A stretch of 64,000 nt of DNA from Macrostomum lignano. Lineage: Eukaryota. The notes below the pieces were generated by a model, which worked only from the letters and a program-made list of their open reading frames with translations, did not search any database and was not told the origin of the DNA. Shown one piece after another: positions 61,401 to 64,000 of the stretch (position 1 is its first letter; each line of letters opens with the position of its first letter). The stretch lies in the NCBI GenBank assembly GCA_002269645.1, contig NIVC01001234.1:1-64000 (forward strand). Direction: 5' to 3'. The translations under genes were made by a program, and so were the position numbers.

Positions 61401-63169
61401 ATGTTATAGGGCGCATTGCAGTTTCTTGTCTCGTTTTGTTGTACTCTTGCCGTTGTTTACGCGCTTGGGCTCTAGTTATTCTTGATTTTGTTTTGCCAGC
61501 CGGCTCCGGATCGATCTGGTTAAGGCCGCTAGCCACGATGCCCTCCGCGAAAAGCCTCTCGTCCCCCTCTGACTGGGGCATTGGGCGGTGCGGCGCACCC
61601 ACCCCTTCTCTCTCATTGGCTGAGAGGGGTTGGCCGTGGACCCCCTCGCGCGTCTCTCTGCCAAGCACTGTACTCGGGGCGTCTCCACCCCCCAACTTGA
61701 GCTGGCTAATCAAATCCAGTCCAACCAGCGCGCTTACGGGTAGTGAGTCAGCCACACAAACCTCAGTGGTTCTATTGTAGCCCTTTAGGTGCAGCTCCAC
61801 TTTAGCGATTGGAAGACGGTGTAGGTCGCCGCCAAAACAGCGCAATAGTGCATGATGTCCTGTCCAATTAATGTTTTCAGGTAGACAGCTACGCCGAATC
61901 GTAGTTCGATCAGCTCCAGTATCCATCAGGAACCGCAGTTCTTTGCCATCCGCATGTCCGGTGATGAACCTGCCCGAAGCAGCATCCATAGCTCTTTCCT
62001 CTGAGGCCAAGTGGACATTGGCGGGCTTGTTGGTACACTGAAACTTCTTGTGGGGGCCTCCGCAGTTGAAGCAGCTAATCTTAGGCTTTAGGCTTTGCGG
62101 TCTCTGAATCGTCCTTTGTTTATCCATAGCATTGGACGCCGTCGCCCCCTCAGAGGTCTCTTGGCTCGGGTGTCCTGGTGTTCCGCCGCCCTTGTCGCTG
62201 TTTCTTGCCATTGCGTAGTCATCGGCCAGTTTCGCAGCCTCTTTGATGTCCTTCGGTTTTCTCTCTCGCATCCACACCTGGAGTCCTCTTGTCAGAGAGT
62301 CCGTAAACTGCTCCAGAAGCACTTTCTGCCTGACGATGGAGTCGCCACTTATCAGTTCCTCTCTCTGATCCTCGTCCAGCCCAGCTGTCATCCATCGGAC
62401 AAACAGGTCTTCCAGCTTTGTCGCGAACACCTGGAAGGTCTCTTCAGGCGCCTTCCGCAAAGACCGAAATCGCTGTCGGTAGGTCTCCTCGCCGATGTTG
62501 TATCTCGCTAAGATGGTCGCCTTTGCCAAGTCGTAGTCCGCGCTCGCCGCTGACGTCAGACTGTGGAATGCGCTCTGCGCAACGCCCGTCAGTAGCGGTG
62601 CCAGCCGAATCGTCCACTCTGACTTTTGCCATCCACACGATGCCGCTGCCCTTTCGAAGGTCATCAGGAATGCCTCGATGTCATCAGAGTCCGTCAGCTT
62701 AAACAGCTTGGGCTCCGCTGCTTGTGGTCGTGGCTTAGACTCGGCCAGGAGCTTTGTGAACTCCGCTTGTTGACGAGCCAGTTGCTCCAGGTAGAATGCT
62801 GACTGTCTTTCTTGCGCGCGAGTCATTTCTTGTAGCTGCTGACTCTGGTGCGTCAGGAGCATCTTCATTGTCTCCATCAGATTCGCGCCCTCCAGCGTAG
62901 CTGAATCTTGGATTCCGCTGGCTTCTTCAGCATTGTCTTCGGAGCCTTCTCCGAGCGCCCCGTCTTGGGAACGCAGGTTGTACGGGTGCTTCGAGCCCGC
63001 ACCGCTGCCACCATGTTGCATTCTTGTAAATAAATAAGAATGATATTGATTGTCCAAGGCTCCTAACTGAGCCAAAACCAAGAAAACAAGTATCGCCCTC
63101 TGGCGCGCACCAGGTCTATTTATAGACTTATCAAAAATGGGGTGGCACAAAGAAAAGTCCACCGTCACA
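58415..63169 (-). mobile_element. Gmr1-like Ty3/gypsy LTR retrotransposon 2 (4755 bp)
   Basis: Identical 156-bp LTRs (58415-58570 and 63014-63169; TGTGA...CAACA), 5-bp TSD GCTGC, tRNA-Leu PBS (63000-63013), PPT-like GGTGGAGGG, and PR-IN-RT-RH domain order. Confidence 0.95.
58736..63021 (-). CDS. gag-pol: Single gag-pol polyprotein of element 2 (SCAN-like capsid, zinc knuckle, protease, integrase, RT, RNase H; one frameshift ~59475)
   Basis: DDIEAFLMTFER...LAPLLTG...YRQRFR capsid/SCAN-like region; CFNCGGPHKKFQC; FLMDTGAD; HHCC and DDE integrase with WRGPYEV upstream of RT (SYIDDI); RNase H LETDSS...SDHKPL. Confidence 0.93.
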
Positions 63170-63835
63170 GCTGCGCAACCTGTGACCCACTCTTGGACTA
63201 GACCGCGCACTTCCTCTTCGATTTTGCGATTTGGTGCTAACGAATGGGAAACTTGAGAATTACCGGCCTACTAACTTAAGTGTGATTGAGACTCCATGAG
63301 AATTCCTTGTCGAGCAAAACAAAACATGACCAGGTTGCTTGATTTAGTGAGGCATGAAAATGGTCTCAAATTATTTTCCAGCTTGCTACTCGTAGACATC
63401 TAGACAAGCGAGTGTTTGATGCTTCACCACAAAGCCTTTGTGCTTGGACGAACAGCAACGCAAGCTTGAGGTCGATGCGTCGCTTCACCTCACTGCGTTT
63501 TAAGAAAAAATTTCTGCCATATTGATTGACTCCTGGATTCACAACGGCTTTGAGCAACTCGATGGGATATTTTAACAGAAATTGACATCAAAAGGTTGCT
63601 GCCAGCTGTCCGTTCGATCCGAATCGAATCCAAACCGAATCGCCCTGCCGCCTTTGAGCCGCCGCGTCAGTCGAGTTTCCCGTTCTGACTGATAATTGAT
63701 TGTTTTGGGAGGAGCCGGCGCCGCTCCGTCGGCCTTAAATCCCAATCACCCTGCGTGTTGCGCTTCCCAAACCGCTATCCTTAGCCGAGAGCCGAGTCTG
63801 TGAATCCCCAGACTGGAGTTCCTTATCGCAGTGAC

Positions 63836-63961
63836 ATGGCCTCAGACCAGGACCTGCTGATGGCATTCAAGACCATAGACAAGTCTAACTCCGGGGAGAT
63901 CACGGCGGACGAGCTGAGGACTTACCTGTACAAGAAGCGCTATAATGAGCTGTTTGTTCAG
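63836..63961 (+). CDS. First exon of a second EF-hand calcium-binding protein, paralogue of 45012-45785 (runs off the window)
   Basis: MASDQDLLMAFKTIDKSNSGEITADELRTYLYKKRYNELFVQ aligns without gaps to exon 1 of the first copy; same 126-nt length and donor position. Confidence 0.9.
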
Positions 63962-64000
63962 GTGCGCAAACTGAATTGAGCTCGCATCGCTTTTACACCA

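Overview
This is eukaryotic (metazoan) genomic DNA with GT-AG introns, GC3-rich exons and dense intronic minisatellites; the style is consistent with a free-living flatworm such as Macrostomum, which is inference only. Host genes found: a 20-exon Slo2/KCNT potassium channel (11560-37297, +) with an alternative first exon and a duplicated S1-S2 loop exon pair, a TEX55-like dimerisation/docking protein (-), an Rdx/SelW-like gene (+), a CABIT-domain GAREM/Serrano-like gene (-), and two tandem EF-hand paralogues. The EF-hand genes are separated by two young LTR retrotransposons. The first is an 11-kb Ty3/gypsy element (46356-57418, -) carrying, at the env position, an intact intronless J-domain (Hsp40-type, HPD) ORF behind a splice acceptor, plus a 47-nt tRNA-Lys-derived PBS, a -1 frameshift site and internal minisatellites; this is the most novel item. 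The second is a compact 4.8-kb Gmr1-like element (PR-IN-RT-RH order, SCAN-like gag) that appears to split a host exon. Also present are a Penelope GIY-YIG fragment, two SINE copies, MITEs and a mariner relic. Six frameshifts in the window can each be repaired by one extra base, mostly in a short homopolymer run, which suggests long-read consensus errors. All coordinates and alignments were done by eye from recalled family motifs; no searches were run.
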